Assembly (NCBI GenBank): GCA_023898465.1
Contig: CP060223.1
Location: forward strand, 160,001 to 224,000
Length of the DNA stretch: 64,000 nucleotides
Reading direction: 5' to 3'
Origin: Candidatus Nomurabacteria bacterium
GTDB taxonomy: Bacteria > Patescibacteriota > Patescibacteriia > HK-STAS-PATE-3
Numbering within the stretch: the stretch's first letter is position 1; each line of letters begins with the position of its first letter. Positions 48,686 to 58,206 of this stretch are shown piece after piece. The notes beneath the pieces were generated by a model, which worked only from the letters and a program-made list of their open reading frames with translations, did not search any database and had not been told where the DNA came from. The translations under genes and the position numbers were made by a program.

Positions 48686-49459
48686 ATGCAAATGCAAAAA
48701 CATCAATTCGTACTAATATTTGGAACTGTGCTTTTCTCTGCTCTCTTCCTGGTCAGTAGTGCCTTGCCTGAAAAAGGGTATGCGGCTACACCTTTTGGAG
48801 GAAACAGCAATAAGCGCTTGTCTATTTATAATGGTACTTTATTACTTGATGGTAGCGCACAATTGCGCTTAGGTAATGCCGGTCGCGATATTCAAGCAAG
48901 CGGGACTCTGTATCTGCGTCCTGATGGAAGCGCGCGTGGCTCCTTCTTCAGCGGTGTTACCAATGATGTTGGTCAGCGCCTTTCATTAACTGGCGGCATT
49001 AGTGGCAGTGATACTATCCAAGCCTCCTGGATCGGAACGAATGGAGTAGACGAAACTCGAGGCGCGGTCACTGGTTATTTCCACGGCGCTCCTGATAGTG
49101 CGGTTGGTGCCGCAATTTTTGGTGAAGTACAATCATGTGGTGTTGGGCAAACCTGTTACGCTGGTTACTTTGCCGGTGGCCAAAGCACAGGAGTGCAAAC
49201 GTATACGGCGACAAATCCAAACGGTGGAGCTACTCCTGCTTTGCAAGTATTAAATGCTGATGCAAATGGCGTAGCCGCTTCCTTTACCGGTAATGTGCAG
49301 ACAAATCGGCTTATTCTCGATAATAATACTCGTTCTGCGTGTACCTGGGAGTCGGTAAGCGGTGCAGAATTAGTCTGCCCTAGCGGAAAATTATTAGCCG
49401 GTGTCCGAGCGAGTAATACAGACCCAGTCATTTCTGATATTTATTGTTGTGAGCTGTAA
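48686..49459 (+). CDS. Secreted protein made up essentially of the shared YCC domain alone.
   Basis: Signal peptide, then LSIYNGT, GNAGRDIQASGTLYLRPDGS, QTCYAGYFAGGQ, and a C-terminal CPSGKLLAGVRASNTDPVISDIYCCEL. The start is chosen just after the upstream stop. Confidence 0.75.
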   Translation: MQMQKHQFVLIFGTVLFSALFLVSSALPEKGYAATPFGGNSNKRLSIYNGTLLLDGSAQLRLGNAGRDIQASGTLYLRPDGSARGSFFSGVTNDVGQRLSLTGGISGSDTIQASWIGTNGVDETRGAVTGYFHGAPDSAVGAAIFGEVQSCGVGQTCYAGYFAGGQSTGVQTYTATNPNGGATPALQVLNADANGVAASFTGNVQTNRLILDNNTRSACTWESVSGAELVCPSGKLLAGVRASNTDPVISDIYCCEL

Positions 49460-49460
49460 T

Positions 49461-51716
49461 ATGCAATTCCCGCGATTACATAAACTACACATTTTAAGCG
49501 CGATGTTCATCGCAGTGCTTGGTTTAGGTGTCGCAGTTGGTGCCTACACCTATTCAAACTGGACTCGACAGCAAAAAGGAGCCGAGAATACGAGCGCTAG
49601 TACTGATAATGGTCCAACCGCGAACGTGGTGCAGGGGACGGTGTCGGGTTGTGTAAGCGGTACCACGCAAACGGTTGATTGGACGATGGTACGAGATGGA
49701 GAGCTTATCGTTGTTGCACATTCTGAGTCACAGGAAAAACTTTGCATTTATGATTATAACAGCGTTGCCACTTCACCGATTCGACAATATGACATGACTC
49801 AATCCGAGCGAAGTCCGGTTGTGGTAGGGGATGTGCTCTATCGAGTCAAAAAAGGCTTAAGTCCAATTCAAGTAGAGGCACGTTCACTCATCGATGGATC
49901 AGTGCTGTGGACAAAAACGATTAGCTCAACTGCGGTGGGTAGTACTTACAATGTAATAACCGCAGCTAATGGCAATCTCTATATCGGAGCGAAATTTAAT
50001 GGATCCGAGCAGAGAGTGCTCGCACTGCAGCAGATTGATGGTCAGCTGTTATGGATGCGCACTATTGAGCCAAGCTTTGGCTTTTCGACCAGCGTTGAAC
50101 AGCTTGGCGCCTTAGCAGTTAGTAGTGATCAAGTGTTTATCCAATTTGTTGAAGGTTCGCTGTCTGATGGTCGGGTTGGTTATCGTGCGCTTAATGCGAG
50201 TACTGGAGCCGTGAACTGGACTGCCGGTCCTTATGGTTCCGGAGTGATTCGGACCAGAGCGTCACTAATTTACGCTGATAATGCTATTTATGCTGCGCCT
50301 GATGCATATATTTCTCTCAGTTCAGCTACTGGAAATCAAACCTGGAATCAAGCAATGGCAGCTACGAATGAGGCCTTAAGTATCGCCTATAGCAGCACTA
50401 AGGTGTACTACTCCGAGCGACGAAGCACGCAATACGCCTATCTCGCTCGAAGTGCTATAAACGGCGGTTTGTCATGGACAGCTGGAAATTATAACGGCTC
50501 TATTGGTGATGGTCCCCTTGTCGTAGTAAATAACAACTTCCTATATCACTGCGCAAATAGTACCTTGCGAGGCATTTCCACTGTGACTGGTTTTGTTACG
50601 TTCACGGGAGTTGCGCCCACCTTCTGCAATGCCGCTGCAGTATATAATGGAATATTGTATGTGAATGGTAATGCCGGCTCAGTAGACCAAGGTAAAGTGC
50701 GTTTAATCGCAAATACTTTGCCCGCAAGCGCTACAACAACAGTTGGTGTGCCGACATGTAGCATTGATAATGGTTCTAATTACGTTGATTGCGCGAACTT
50801 ACAATATGGCGCGATTGTGACACATGCTCGGACAACCTGTACGAGTACTGCAGGAGTAAAAGAGGTGCAGTTCACCTTAACAGGGCCCGCCGGTACACAA
50901 TACTCCTCAGTAAAAGCACAAACAGTCGTCGGTGCTACCTATACTACACATGCGCCGGGAACGCTCGTAGGTAGTGGGCAATGGACCCTGACGGCAAAGT
51001 GCGTGAATAGCATTAATGAGAGTACATCGAATCAAAAGATTTGGACTGTTGGATCTGCTCCAAGTGAAGGATCTCAGAAGCTTTCTATTTACGAAGGAAG
51101 CGCTCGCTTTACTGATGGTGAGACTATGGAAGCGGGTGCGCTCAGCGGAGATGCAAATATCGACTGGATTGGCTCTGATAGTATTTATGTTCGTCCAAAC
51201 ACTTCAAACGGTTCTTCATTCTTCCAAGGTGTTTCAGCACTTGATCGGCAAAGCCTCTATTTAAGCGGCGGCATTAATGCGAAACCAAGCTTGGAAGCAG
51301 TTGGTTTAGGACAAAATGGAGTACCGTACCTAGGCTCTGCTATTGCCTCAACTTTTGATGGGGCTAGTTTTTCCTCCGGTGGCGGTGCAATTTACGGAGG
51401 AGTGAGTAGTTGCGGGGCAGGGAAAACTTGCTACGCAGGATACTTCAATAACAGCTCCGAAACTGGCTATGGTATTCTCGTTACGAATAACTCCGCGTCG
51501 CAACCTACGCTTCGGGCGGAAAATTTAGCCGGTGGCACTGCAGCCAATTTCGTGGGCGTAGCTAAGGTGAGTGGCGATCTACAGGCAGATAATAATACGG
51601 TGAATAGTTGTACCTGGACACCAGTGAGTGCAAAAGAATGTCCGGCTGGGACTGTCGCCTCTGGTATGCGATTTAGCGGAGGAGTGGTGAGCGAATATAA
51701 TTGTTGTAGTCTCTAA
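49461..51716 (+). CDS. Secreted paralog with a beta-propeller-like N-terminal region and the shared C-terminal YCC domain.
   Basis: Signal/TM, then a region of about 450 aa, then LSIYEGS, IYVRPNTSNGS, KTCYAGYFNNSS, and a C-terminal ECPAGTVASGMRFSGGVVSEYNCCSL. Confidence 0.8.
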   Translation: MQFPRLHKLHILSAMFIAVLGLGVAVGAYTYSNWTRQQKGAENTSASTDNGPTANVVQGTVSGCVSGTTQTVDWTMVRDGELIVVAHSESQEKLCIYDYNSVATSPIRQYDMTQSERSPVVVGDVLYRVKKGLSPIQVEARSLIDGSVLWTKTISSTAVGSTYNVITAANGNLYIGAKFNGSEQRVLALQQIDGQLLWMRTIEPSFGFSTSVEQLGALAVSSDQVFIQFVEGSLSDGRVGYRALNASTGAVNWTAGPYGSGVIRTRASLIYADNAIYAAPDAYISLSSATGNQTWNQAMAATNEALSIAYSSTKVYYSERRSTQYAYLARSAINGGLSWTAGNYNGSIGDGPLVVVNNNFLYHCANSTLRGISTVTGFVTFTGVAPTFCNAAAVYNGILYVNGNAGSVDQGKVRLIANTLPASATTTVGVPTCSIDNGSNYVDCANLQYGAIVTHARTTCTSTAGVKEVQFTLTGPAGTQYSSVKAQTVVGATYTTHAPGTLVGSGQWTLTAKCVNSINESTSNQKIWTVGSAPSEGSQKLSIYEGSARFTDGETMEAGALSGDANIDWIGSDSIYVRPNTSNGSSFFQGVSALDRQSLYLSGGINAKPSLEAVGLGQNGVPYLGSAIASTFDGASFSSGGGAIYGGVSSCGAGKTCYAGYFNNSSETGYGILVTNNSASQPTLRAENLAGGTAANFVGVAKVSGDLQADNNTVNSCTWTPVSAKECPAGTVASGMRFSGGVVSEYNCCSL

Positions 51717-51717
51717 T

Positions 51718-54700
51718 ATGGCATTTGTACAACGACATTCACGAGCACTATTTATCAGTATATTCGCAACACTTGTTATAGTGGCTGCTGGACTTCTTAT
51801 TGCAAAGGTTAGTTTTGCTGGGCTCGAGTGGGAGCCGCAAAAACCTCCAGAAGTATATCAGAATAACAGTAGCATCGACTTCTATAAAGTTGATTTCCAA
51901 CAAAACCCCAGCGATAATAAATACTATGGTTGGGTGGTAGGTGAGGACTTAAGCGGTAAACAATCAAGCCTCCTTTACTTTAATGGCGCTTTTTGGAAAT
52001 CAATTACCGACGACGGTTTGGGTGCGGGGTCGACATCGGACCTCTTTGATGTTTCCGCTGTTTGGAATTCAGATATTGATCAGTATCTTGTTTGGGCAGT
52101 AGGGGAAAATCAAGCGCTCTGGTATTTAACTGACAGCGAGACTGTGTGTAATAGTGAAGCTATCCCATGTCCTGATAGTCCAGCTGGAGCTGTGACTTTA
52201 AATTCGGTTGAAGGTGCTTGGTATAGCGGAGATGATAAAGTTGCCTTTTTTGTAGGTGATAACGGGCACATTTATCATGCAGTGGCTGATGATTACCAAA
52301 GCGCATTCGCCTACACCGCAGCATTTGCTACGAGCGGGACCATCCGCGATATTGATTCTTTTGACGCTGCACATACTTGGGCAGTATCAAGTGATGGCAA
52401 GATATATTTTAATAGCGATTATCTGACAAACTCGTGGGTGCAACAAGCCTCTTTCCCAGGCATTGATTTTACAGGAGTGTCAGCGGCAGATGCCAGCCAC
52501 GTATGGGCTTCGGCAATTAACGGCACAAAAGGTCAAATTTATTTTTACGACGGGTCCACCTGGTCGCTCCAATTCACTACAGTGCTTGATATTCCGCTTC
52601 ATGATGTGAGTGCATTTTATAATCCTACTTTATCTATTTATAATGCCTTTGCGGTTGGTGATATTGATTCCTCTACAGGCAACGGAGGTGTTTATCAATA
52701 TAATGGTACAATTTGGGAACGGCAGGATTCAAATAATAATGGTGAAGTATTACGCGGCATTTCTGCTGCCAGCCTTATTGAGATACGAGCCGTTGGTGCG
52801 AACACCACACTCTTAACCAGCTCACCGGGAAATATATTTGGTTGGATTTGGCTAGGATCAAGCACAAGTAATGGAAGTGGCGATGCGCTGGGATGGGGAA
52901 GCGGAAGCTGCGCTAATCTTGATAGTTGTGAAAGTGCTGGCTTTACTTACGGCGTAAACATCCGCCGCAGTGGCACCAGTCAAGGTGCTTTGTCTGGTTA
53001 CTTTTGGCTAGGGAATGCTGATCCGGATGCTTATATTCCAAATGACTGTGACACCGATCCAGGCGTCGAAGCTTGTCAATCTAATTCGAGCATTAGCTGC
53101 ACTACTGATTTTGAATGTCGTTGCGCTATTAATTCAGCAGCTTGTTTTTCAACTGGTTGGATGTCGTTTAACAAAAAAGGCTCGGATGGTGTGACTGATG
53201 AGGCTGGCACACCTCCAGCTGCACCGTACAATGATGGTGCGCAAAACTATATTGCTCGATTTGATGCAAAGACGGGTAAGGTAACTGGCTGGGCTCGTTT
53301 ACTTTCCTTATACGAAGATCCAAGCACTGGTGGCTGGATTCGTTTGCGAGGGAATGCAGTTACTCCGAATGTAGGTGACTTACCAGTCCGAGACTGTAAA
53401 AATTGTGGCAAATTCTGCAGTCTCGACACTACGTATAAGTGTACAGTTGACGCTGACTGTAATGTAGACGCAGACGGTGATGGAACAGATGAAAACTACG
53501 GCCCGTGTAATGTGAGTGTTTGTAAGATTTGTAATGCTTTAAATGATGAAACAATCGTTTCTGCAAACATGTGCTCAAATACCGGCGGCACCTCATGTAC
53601 GCGACGTTGTGAGCTTAACAACAGTATTACCTGTACCGATGATGCAGATTGTATAGGATTTGGCTCATGTGTGAATGAGACTTTTTGTGATTCTTGTGTG
53701 ACCTATGACCAATATGGTGTAGCGATTGATGACGCAACTGGTAAGATTACCGGCTATGCTTGGAGTGGCGCGTCTACTACATATGGTCAACTTGGCTGGA
53801 TTGATTTTAATCGAGCAAACTATTATAGCCAGGCTTGGTTACAGACCCAATTTGGGAATATCTACGCTCAAGCTGATATCGGTAGCGTTGGTACGCCAGC
53901 TGCTCCAGAGGGTAAATGTAATGCGACATACGTGATTAGTGCAGCTGGTACCATCACTAACTTCTGTTCGCGCTACGAAGAAATCGATCCAACCGCCCCG
54001 CCAGGGGACTACACCACTCGCCCCTTCATCCAGCAAAACTACGATGAAATTTATTATCCAACCGAGGCAAATAACTATACGAACGTCCTAGGAAAATTGG
54101 ATCCAGATGCTCTGGTGCAGGATGTGGGCGCTGGAAAAAATAAATATGGCGATGAAATCATTACGGTAAACAGCGATGCTGATTTACTTGACCTTGGCTT
54201 GTGTGATGCTGACGGAGTAACGCTTGATGGCAAGGTATATCATGTGGTTGGAAATCTCAGTATCGGTGTCTGTAATCCTGGTAGCGGTGATGTTACTGAA
54301 TTGATTATTAAGAATTCTTCACTCGCCAGTGGGTCAGGGACAATAGTGGTTGATGGTAATCTCACCATTGATATGAATATAAGCTACGAACAAAGTTCAA
54401 TCTCTAATATTAGAGATTTGGCCTCCCTGGGTGTGATGGTGAAGAAAAATATGATAGTGACTGGTGATGTAGATTCAATCGTCGGCTCCTATATCGTCTT
54501 TGGAACCGATGAGACAGAAGCTAATAAATTTAGTGGAATTAAGATTGAAAACTCCTTAATCGAACGCTCCTTTAGTGCGCAAGGTCTCATGATCGCCCGA
54601 GGCTTCAAATTCGAGCGCACATATCGTGGCACCTTAATCGATCCACAACCAGCTGAGCAGGTGGTATACGATGGACGGGTGATTGCAAATACGCCGCCAG

Positions 54701-54756
54701 GATTCCGTGATTTTGCGAAAGTCTTACCAGTTATTCGAGAAACCATACCTTTTTAA
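51718..54756 (+). CDS. Large membrane-anchored secreted Cys-rich protein (1012 aa) with an N-terminal EPQ motif.
   Basis: An N-terminal TM is followed by GLEWEPQKPPE. The middle is Cys-rich (CKNCGKFCSLDTTYKCTVDADCNVDADGDG...) and the C-terminus is beta-helix-like. It is the last gene of the paralog operon. Confidence 0.75.
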   Translation: MAFVQRHSRALFISIFATLVIVAAGLLIAKVSFAGLEWEPQKPPEVYQNNSSIDFYKVDFQQNPSDNKYYGWVVGEDLSGKQSSLLYFNGAFWKSITDDGLGAGSTSDLFDVSAVWNSDIDQYLVWAVGENQALWYLTDSETVCNSEAIPCPDSPAGAVTLNSVEGAWYSGDDKVAFFVGDNGHIYHAVADDYQSAFAYTAAFATSGTIRDIDSFDAAHTWAVSSDGKIYFNSDYLTNSWVQQASFPGIDFTGVSAADASHVWASAINGTKGQIYFYDGSTWSLQFTTVLDIPLHDVSAFYNPTLSIYNAFAVGDIDSSTGNGGVYQYNGTIWERQDSNNNGEVLRGISAASLIEIRAVGANTTLLTSSPGNIFGWIWLGSSTSNGSGDALGWGSGSCANLDSCESAGFTYGVNIRRSGTSQGALSGYFWLGNADPDAYIPNDCDTDPGVEACQSNSSISCTTDFECRCAINSAACFSTGWMSFNKKGSDGVTDEAGTPPAAPYNDGAQNYIARFDAKTGKVTGWARLLSLYEDPSTGGWIRLRGNAVTPNVGDLPVRDCKNCGKFCSLDTTYKCTVDADCNVDADGDGTDENYGPCNVSVCKICNALNDETIVSANMCSNTGGTSCTRRCELNNSITCTDDADCIGFGSCVNETFCDSCVTYDQYGVAIDDATGKITGYAWSGASTTYGQLGWIDFNRANYYSQAWLQTQFGNIYAQADIGSVGTPAAPEGKCNATYVISAAGTITNFCSRYEEIDPTAPPGDYTTRPFIQQNYDEIYYPTEANNYTNVLGKLDPDALVQDVGAGKNKYGDEIITVNSDADLLDLGLCDADGVTLDGKVYHVVGNLSIGVCNPGSGDVTELIIKNSSLASGSGTIVVDGNLTIDMNISYEQSSISNIRDLASLGVMVKKNMIVTGDVDSIVGSYIVFGTDETEANKFSGIKIENSLIERSFSAQGLMIARGFKFERTYRGTLIDPQPAEQVVYDGRVIANTPPGFRDFAKVLPVIRETIPF

Positions 54757-54762
54757 GGTTTC

Positions 54763-54791
54763 TTGCGACAGAGTAAGAAAAATGCTATAAT
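54763..54791 (+). promoter_or_regulatory. Near-consensus sigma70 promoter upstream of pilM.
   Basis: TTGCGA (54763-54768) is followed by a 17-nt spacer and TATAAT (54786-54791), about 45 nt upstream of the pilM ATG. Confidence 0.55.
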
Positions 54792-54838
54792 TGATCGAGT
54801 TCATACACGTTTTTTCTAAATGATTAGGACGCTGGGGG

Positions 54839-55927
54839 ATGGGTTTATTTAACAAAAAAGAAAGCTATCTCGGGATTGATATCGGCACTTCTAGTATTAA
54901 AGTGTCTGAATTCAGAAACGAAGAAGGTCGTCCGCGCTTGTTAAGTTATGGCTTTGTCGAGCAACCAAGCGAGGTTTTAAAAAGCGATTCACCCGAAGCA
55001 ATCCAGCAAGTGGTGACTACCTTGTTAGGTGTGTTTAAAAAGGGCCATATGCAAAGCCGCAAAGTGGTTTCGGCTCTGCCTAGCTACGCAGTTTTCACAT
55101 CGATTTTGAGCTTGCCAGTAATGCCGAAGAAGGATTTATACTCGGCAATTCGCTGGGAGGCAAAAAAAATCGTCCCAATGTCCCTCGATGAAATGGTGCT
55201 AGACTGGCGCTTACTCCATGACCCAGAAGAGGCGACTGATGAAAAAGGTAAAAAGAGCAAAAAGGATCAAATAAGCAGTGGAGGTCCTAAAAATACCCGT
55301 GTGCTCATTACGGCAGCTCCAAAAAACTTAGTTAAACGTTACATTGATATATTTAAACTGGCTGAGCTCGAAATCGTCAGCCTAGAAACCGAGTCATTTG
55401 CCCTTGTTCGTTCACTTCTTGGACGAGATAATTCCACAGTGATGGTGGTGGATATCGGGGCAATTGCCACGGAAATAAGCGTTATACTCGATGGTATACC
55501 TTTTCTCAATCGAAGTATCGACGTAGGGGGAGAAACTATTACGAAATCAATAGCCAATAGTCTCAATATTGATGCAGAACGCGCTGAGCAAATTAAGCGC
55601 GACTTTGGCGTTATGAGTGGGCCGAGCACGAGTCAGATTCCTCGGGTTATTGAATTTGTCATGCAGAATATCGTGAATGAGATTCGCTATATTTTATCGA
55701 TGTATCAAAATCAGGGCGAAAAGCCAATTGAAAAAATTGTGTTGTCTGGTGGATCAGCCTTCCTGCCCAATTTGCCTAGCTATCTCGAGCAGATGATTAA
55801 GCTCAAATGCTATATTGGAGATCCGTGGGCTCGAGTAGTCTACCCAGTAGAATTAAAGCCAGTGCTAGATGAGATTGGACCACGCTTTGCCGTGGCAAAT
55901 GGTCTAGCCATGCGTGAAATTGTGTAA
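54839..55927 (+). CDS. pilM: Type IV pilus assembly protein PilM (actin-like ATPase fold).
   Basis: The N-terminus LGIDIGTSSIKVSEF is typical of PilM. An acetate/sugar-kinase fold signature is present (VVDIGAIATEISV...LSGGSA). Confidence 0.85.
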   Translation: MGLFNKKESYLGIDIGTSSIKVSEFRNEEGRPRLLSYGFVEQPSEVLKSDSPEAIQQVVTTLLGVFKKGHMQSRKVVSALPSYAVFTSILSLPVMPKKDLYSAIRWEAKKIVPMSLDEMVLDWRLLHDPEEATDEKGKKSKKDQISSGGPKNTRVLITAAPKNLVKRYIDIFKLAELEIVSLETESFALVRSLLGRDNSTVMVVDIGAIATEISVILDGIPFLNRSIDVGGETITKSIANSLNIDAERAEQIKRDFGVMSGPSTSQIPRVIEFVMQNIVNEIRYILSMYQNQGEKPIEKIVLSGGSAFLPNLPSYLEQMIKLKCYIGDPWARVVYPVELKPVLDEIGPRFAVANGLAMREIV

Positions 55928-55930
55928 TCT

Positions 55931-57244
55931 ATGGATATTAATCTCCTAAAAGATACTCAGCGATCTGAGGACCAGAAGAAAAAACAGTTGAACTCAACTG
56001 GTAATCAGGAGATGACAAATCCAGACAAGCTCCCGCCCGCTAAACCGGAGCCAAAGCTGCCTTCACGCTTTAGCACCTGGCTACAATCCCTCCGTGGTAA
56101 AAAAAATCCTAAAGAAATGCAAGAGGAAGAAATTATTCAAGAACCAATAAAAGCCCCAAAAAGTCCAACATTTGATGAGAGCGCTCGACCCAAGACCGAG
56201 GATATTTTTGCTGACCTCGACACACCCTCTTCTCAGCCTGAGTCAAATCCAGAGCCAATCATGTCAGATGAAGAGTCTTTACAAACCTTTACGCCGCCAG
56301 AGCCTAAGAAAAAGCAAGCAATGCCCAATGCGGTGAAACCCCCACGCTTCACTCAGAAGATGGAAGAAATTAAAATGACGCCTCCGCCAGAGTTACCCAA
56401 GAAAAAGGTAAAGCAGCCAAAAATTTCCTCATCGCGCGACCAATCCTTTTTGGTAAACTTGCTGCCAACTGAGTTTCAGCGATCAATTGACCCCCGTTCG
56501 AAATTAATCAGCCTGGGAATTACCGTTTTAATCACCGCCTTAGTGATTGGAGCTGCCTATGGAGCGTTGACGCTCTACCGCACCTCTATTTTAGAGCAGA
56601 TTCAGAGTCTACGTACGGAGCGCTCGGTTGTAGAAAGTACTATTAGCGATTTGCGCCCGAGTCAGCGTGAGGCGATTACCACAAAAGAGCGGACTGAATT
56701 GGTAAAGACCTTACTTGACCAGCACGTGTATTGGACAAGGTTTTTTGAAAAGCTTGAGGAATATACCATTGATGACGTGTATTACATTGGTGCCTTTAAT
56801 GGAAGTCTGGGTGGTCAAATTACGCTTTCGGCAGTTGGCACTTCCTTTAGTGCTCCGGCGCGCCAGTTAATTGCTTTTCAACAAGCCAGCGACTTTGTTT
56901 CCAGCGTGCGAATTACCTCAGCCCGTTCGGCTGATTCAGCCACTGGAACCACCGTCGGCAGCACCGGCACTGAGCAGATTTCTTTTTCGGTAACACTAAG
57001 CCTACTGCCTGACCTTTTCTATTATGATGCTTCTACCTTCCCCTTAGAGCGAATCGGCAATGTAACAACACCTTTGCCCGGTGACACTTCGCTCTTACCT
57101 GGTGCAACCGGAGTACCGGACTTAGGGACATCCACCAATACCAATACTTCAGGAGCTACAAATACGAACACCTCGACAAATACTAATTCAAGTACGAATA
57201 CCAACACCAGCACGACGCTTAATAGCAATATCTCGAACCCATGA
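55931..57244 (+). CDS. pilN: PilN-like pilus assembly protein with an unusually long Pro/Lys/Glu-rich cytoplasmic N-terminal extension and a T/N-rich C-terminal tail.
   Basis: The PilN motif (FLVNLLPTEF) lies immediately before a single TM (LISLGITVLITALVIGAAYGALTLY). A periplasmic domain follows. The C-terminus is low-complexity TNTNTS. The N-terminus also begins MDINLLK. Confidence 0.7.
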   Translation: MDINLLKDTQRSEDQKKKQLNSTGNQEMTNPDKLPPAKPEPKLPSRFSTWLQSLRGKKNPKEMQEEEIIQEPIKAPKSPTFDESARPKTEDIFADLDTPSSQPESNPEPIMSDEESLQTFTPPEPKKKQAMPNAVKPPRFTQKMEEIKMTPPPELPKKKVKQPKISSSRDQSFLVNLLPTEFQRSIDPRSKLISLGITVLITALVIGAAYGALTLYRTSILEQIQSLRTERSVVESTISDLRPSQREAITTKERTELVKTLLDQHVYWTRFFEKLEEYTIDDVYYIGAFNGSLGGQITLSAVGTSFSAPARQLIAFQQASDFVSSVRITSARSADSATGTTVGSTGTEQISFSVTLSLLPDLFYYDASTFPLERIGNVTTPLPGDTSLLPGATGVPDLGTSTNTNTSGATNTNTSTNTNSSTNTNTSTTLNSNISNP

Positions 57245-57909
57245 AAATCTTCGGCAAAAGCTTCACTGAATTCTTAATTGAGCAATACCGCTATGTATTA
57301 GTGGCGGTTGCGCTTATACTTGCTTTGGTCGGCTATCTGGTGTTTATTGGACCGGAATTGCAAGAAGTCCGTCGTTTCGGTACAGCTGACTTAAAAGATG
57401 AGAAATCGAAATTAGAAGATCGGAAAACCTATTTGACTCGTTTACAGGGCATGCTTGATGCCTATAGTACGCTGAATCAAAATAGTTTAAGCGAGTTAGA
57501 GGGGGTGCTACCGACCTATGAAGATATCCCTGACCTCTTCATTATTGTAGAGGACTTGGCCAAGCAGAGTGGCTTATCACTCAGTTCTGTTTCTATTAAT
57601 CCGGCGAATTTAGAATCCGAATCAAGCGCAGCCGGTGCAAGTACAACATCGCTGAGTCAGTTGGCTAAATCAAAGAACTTAAAAGCCTTTGACATCTCAG
57701 TGACGGCTATTAATGGTACTTCATACGAAGATTTCAAAGACTTTATTACGAATATCGAAAATAGCAACCGCCTGTTTGATGTGCGATCTATGCAGTTTAC
57801 GCCGGAGCCGCGTCAGTCAGCTGACCGTACGAGTGAGACCTCAGCTGCTACGACTCCGTACTCAATCAACTTGCGCACTTATTATATTGACGGTGAGGAG
57901 GCTTCCTAA
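57241..57909 (+). CDS. pilO: PilO-like pilus assembly protein.
   Basis: A 222-aa ORF with an N-terminal TM (YVLVAVALILALVGYLVFIG), a coiled-coil, and a periplasmic domain. It occupies the PilO position in the pilMNO order. Confidence 0.6.
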   Translation: MKIFGKSFTEFLIEQYRYVLVAVALILALVGYLVFIGPELQEVRRFGTADLKDEKSKLEDRKTYLTRLQGMLDAYSTLNQNSLSELEGVLPTYEDIPDLFIIVEDLAKQSGLSLSSVSINPANLESESSAAGASTTSLSQLAKSKNLKAFDISVTAINGTSYEDFKDFITNIENSNRLFDVRSMQFTPEPRQSADRTSETSAATTPYSINLRTYYIDGEEAS

Positions 57910-57912
57910 GCT

Positions 57913-58206
57913 ATGGCACTGGTACAGAAAAGCAATAAAAAGAGCGTCACTATTTTACTCAGCGTCCTGGTCGGTGTCACGGTGATTGGTTTACTTGTGT
58001 ATTTCCTGGTTATCGCTCCACCGGATGTTGATCCAAATGTGAATACCTCCAATAATATTGTGCAGAGAGATTTGCCAATCTACACTACCTTTGGCGAAGA
58101 CTTGTTTGATGATCCGCGTTTCCGCGCCCTCGTGCCCTATGGTGATCTGCCGGTTGATCTAGGTGACGTGGGGAGGACTAACCCATTTGAGAAGCCATCC
58201 CCATGA
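57913..58206 (+). CDS. Small single-TM protein of the pilus operon.
   Basis: A 97-aa ORF with an N-terminal TM (VTILLSVLVGVTVIGLLVYFLVIA). It is translationally coupled, overlapping pilB by 4 nt. Confidence 0.5.
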   Translation: MALVQKSNKKSVTILLSVLVGVTVIGLLVYFLVIAPPDVDPNVNTSNNIVQRDLPIYTTFGEDLFDDPRFRALVPYGDLPVDLGDVGRTNPFEKPSP

